A DNA stretch of 63,193 nucleotides, counting the filler, from Craspedostauros australis (Eukaryota): the NCBI GenBank assembly GCA_030167865.1. It is 6 parts of 6 records of this genome, joined end to end, with 100 filler letters (N's around TTAATTAATTAA, not from the genome) between each part and the next. Parts side by side here need not be neighbours in the genome. Positions count along the whole stretch, not along the records: positions 61,727 to 63,193 come from JALAGF010001294.1; 5 more parts are not named here. One strand, written 5' to 3'. Both the position numbers and the translations under genes were made by a program. Positions within the stretch are counted from its first letter, which is position 1. Each line of letters begins with the position of its first letter. This document shows positions 61,727 to 63,193 of the stretch, one piece after another. The notes under the pieces were generated by a model that saw nothing but the letters and a program-made list of their open reading frames with translations, was not told where the DNA came from and made no database searches.

Positions 61727-62024
61727 GCCAACATGGTCAAGCAAGGATCGTTTCAAGAGAATGCGCTGGATCCAGTGTTGGGAGGCATTCTGATCTGCAA
61801 CCATCATGGAGTCCACATCTTCTTTGTGCTCGAGCCTCCTGTCAACCCAGAATCTATTTGCTCCTCCAGCAAGGATGACAGGTGGAGCATTAAACTGGCA
61901 TACAAGCTGCCAGTGATTTATTGCTCTGCAAGCAGCATTTATGGGCCATTCACGGATTGTCCTCAATTTCCGTTGGCCTTTGTCAGGGACAAGAAGCACT
62001 TTGCTCAATAGCACAGTTGCAAGC
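61727..62024 (+). repeat. 298-bp inverted copy of 60465..60762
   Basis: Ends match as reverse complements, and the ORF-track translations of the two copies are identical. Confidence 0.92.
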
Positions 62025-62241
62025 NNNNNNNNNNNNNNNNNNNNNNNNNNNNNNNNNNNNNNNNNNNNNNNNNNNNNNNNNNNNNNNNNNNNNNNNNNNN
62101 NNNNNNNNNNNNNNNNNNNCTGCACAGTACCACATCATCTACAACAGTCTTGGGTCATTCACCATTGCGGCATTCTGTTTTGAGCGGCAGCAGAAGGCGG
62201 CGATTCCACTTGGCCACGCCATCTCACGTACTAACGAGGGG

Positions 62242-63107
62242 ATGGAGCCAAACAACACATTTGGTGGAGCACCGTTTGGAACTACACAACGCAGCCACAA
62301 CTGGTTTGCGCCCAGCGTCTTCTCTCCATCACCAGGAGCCCCAGCATTCTCAGGACACCATGGTGTCGCTGCCAACAGGCATGGATTCGCTGCTGCTGGG
62401 TTTGGCACACAGCCATTTGCAACCCCAACTCAGCCACATCAACAAGGGTTTGGTTGAGGACAGCAAGGAGCAGCAAGCCATTTTGGCAACATGCCAGGAG
62501 CTGCAAACTTCGCACTGTGCTCTATTGGGCGCCACAAGAACAAGGAGGAGGGAGCATGCAGCCAAGCGGCAGAGGCTCATGCACAACAGGAGGAAGCCTG
62601 TTGTCGCCAGCCAGAGCAGGAAGCCCGAGCGCTCATTGAGCAGGCAAATGCTCGCACAAAATTGGCGCAACAGAGAGCTTCATCCAAGGCAGAAGCGCAG
62701 GTCTGTGCTGCGCAAGCTCACAATGCTCGTCTCGTGGAGAAAATGAGAGATCTTGAGGAGGAGAAGGCCGAGTATGCTCGCATGGTGGAGCAGCAGCGCG
62801 CAGCAGCAACCAACATTGATAACACCACCTTCTCGATCTCGGACATGCCACAAGCCCCCACTGCAGGGTTTGTCCATCGTCGCGAGAATGACAATGTGCT
62901 GAGCCGAAACGATTCCGTACACCAACGAATGGATGGCATTCCAATCTCTGTCACAACAGGAGGTCATTCAGCTGCTGTCTCTGAGGATGGACTTGCATCA
63001 ACAGTGCATACATGAGCCCCAACCAAGTTCATGTTGCAAGAGGATGCTCGCTCAACAACACATCAGGCAGTGAAAAGCGCACAATGGGCAACAAATGAGA
63101 ACCAACC

Positions 63108-63110
<3 letters not shown>
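62242..63110 (+). pseudogene. Decayed FG/Gly-rich plus coiled-coil ORF with in-frame TGA stops
   Basis: ORFs ending at 62457 and starting at 62491 share a frame; TGA at 62455-62457 and 63013-63015, with open frame continuing after each. Confidence 0.55.

Positions 63111-63193
<83 letters not shown>
63111..63193. repeat. (AC)n microsatellite, >=41 units, to the window end
   Basis: Direct read. Confidence 0.98.

Overview
Eukaryotic genomic scaffold, very probably a diatom (inferred from the DUF6824 protein, the AAA_16/STAND family, a bipartite plastid-targeting peptide, and GT-AG introns of ~200-490 bp). Genes in order: SLC34 Na+/phosphate cotransporter (minus strand, 3'-truncated, ATG-only first coding exon, cluster of YGAATCTH PSR-type motifs upstream); RING-H2 E3 ligase; a disabled LRR-like pseudogene; Osm1-like fumarate reductase-cytochrome b5 fusion; polyQ tail-anchored protein; two-RRM nucleolin-like protein; 7-exon ~3,575-aa ATR kinase; two probable retroelement fragments around a gap; 4-exon CBM20-TPS-TPP protein with degenerate catalytic motifs; DUF1415 and DUF6824 proteins; two intronless ~1,400-aa STAND ATPase-TPR paralogues flanking a plastid-type PPR-Smr gene; a PTSA-repeat/Cys-repeat mucin-like protein; and a gapped, CpG-depleted repeat-like end region. 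Exon boundaries were read by hand and checked for phase. Family calls come from motif recognition, not database searches.
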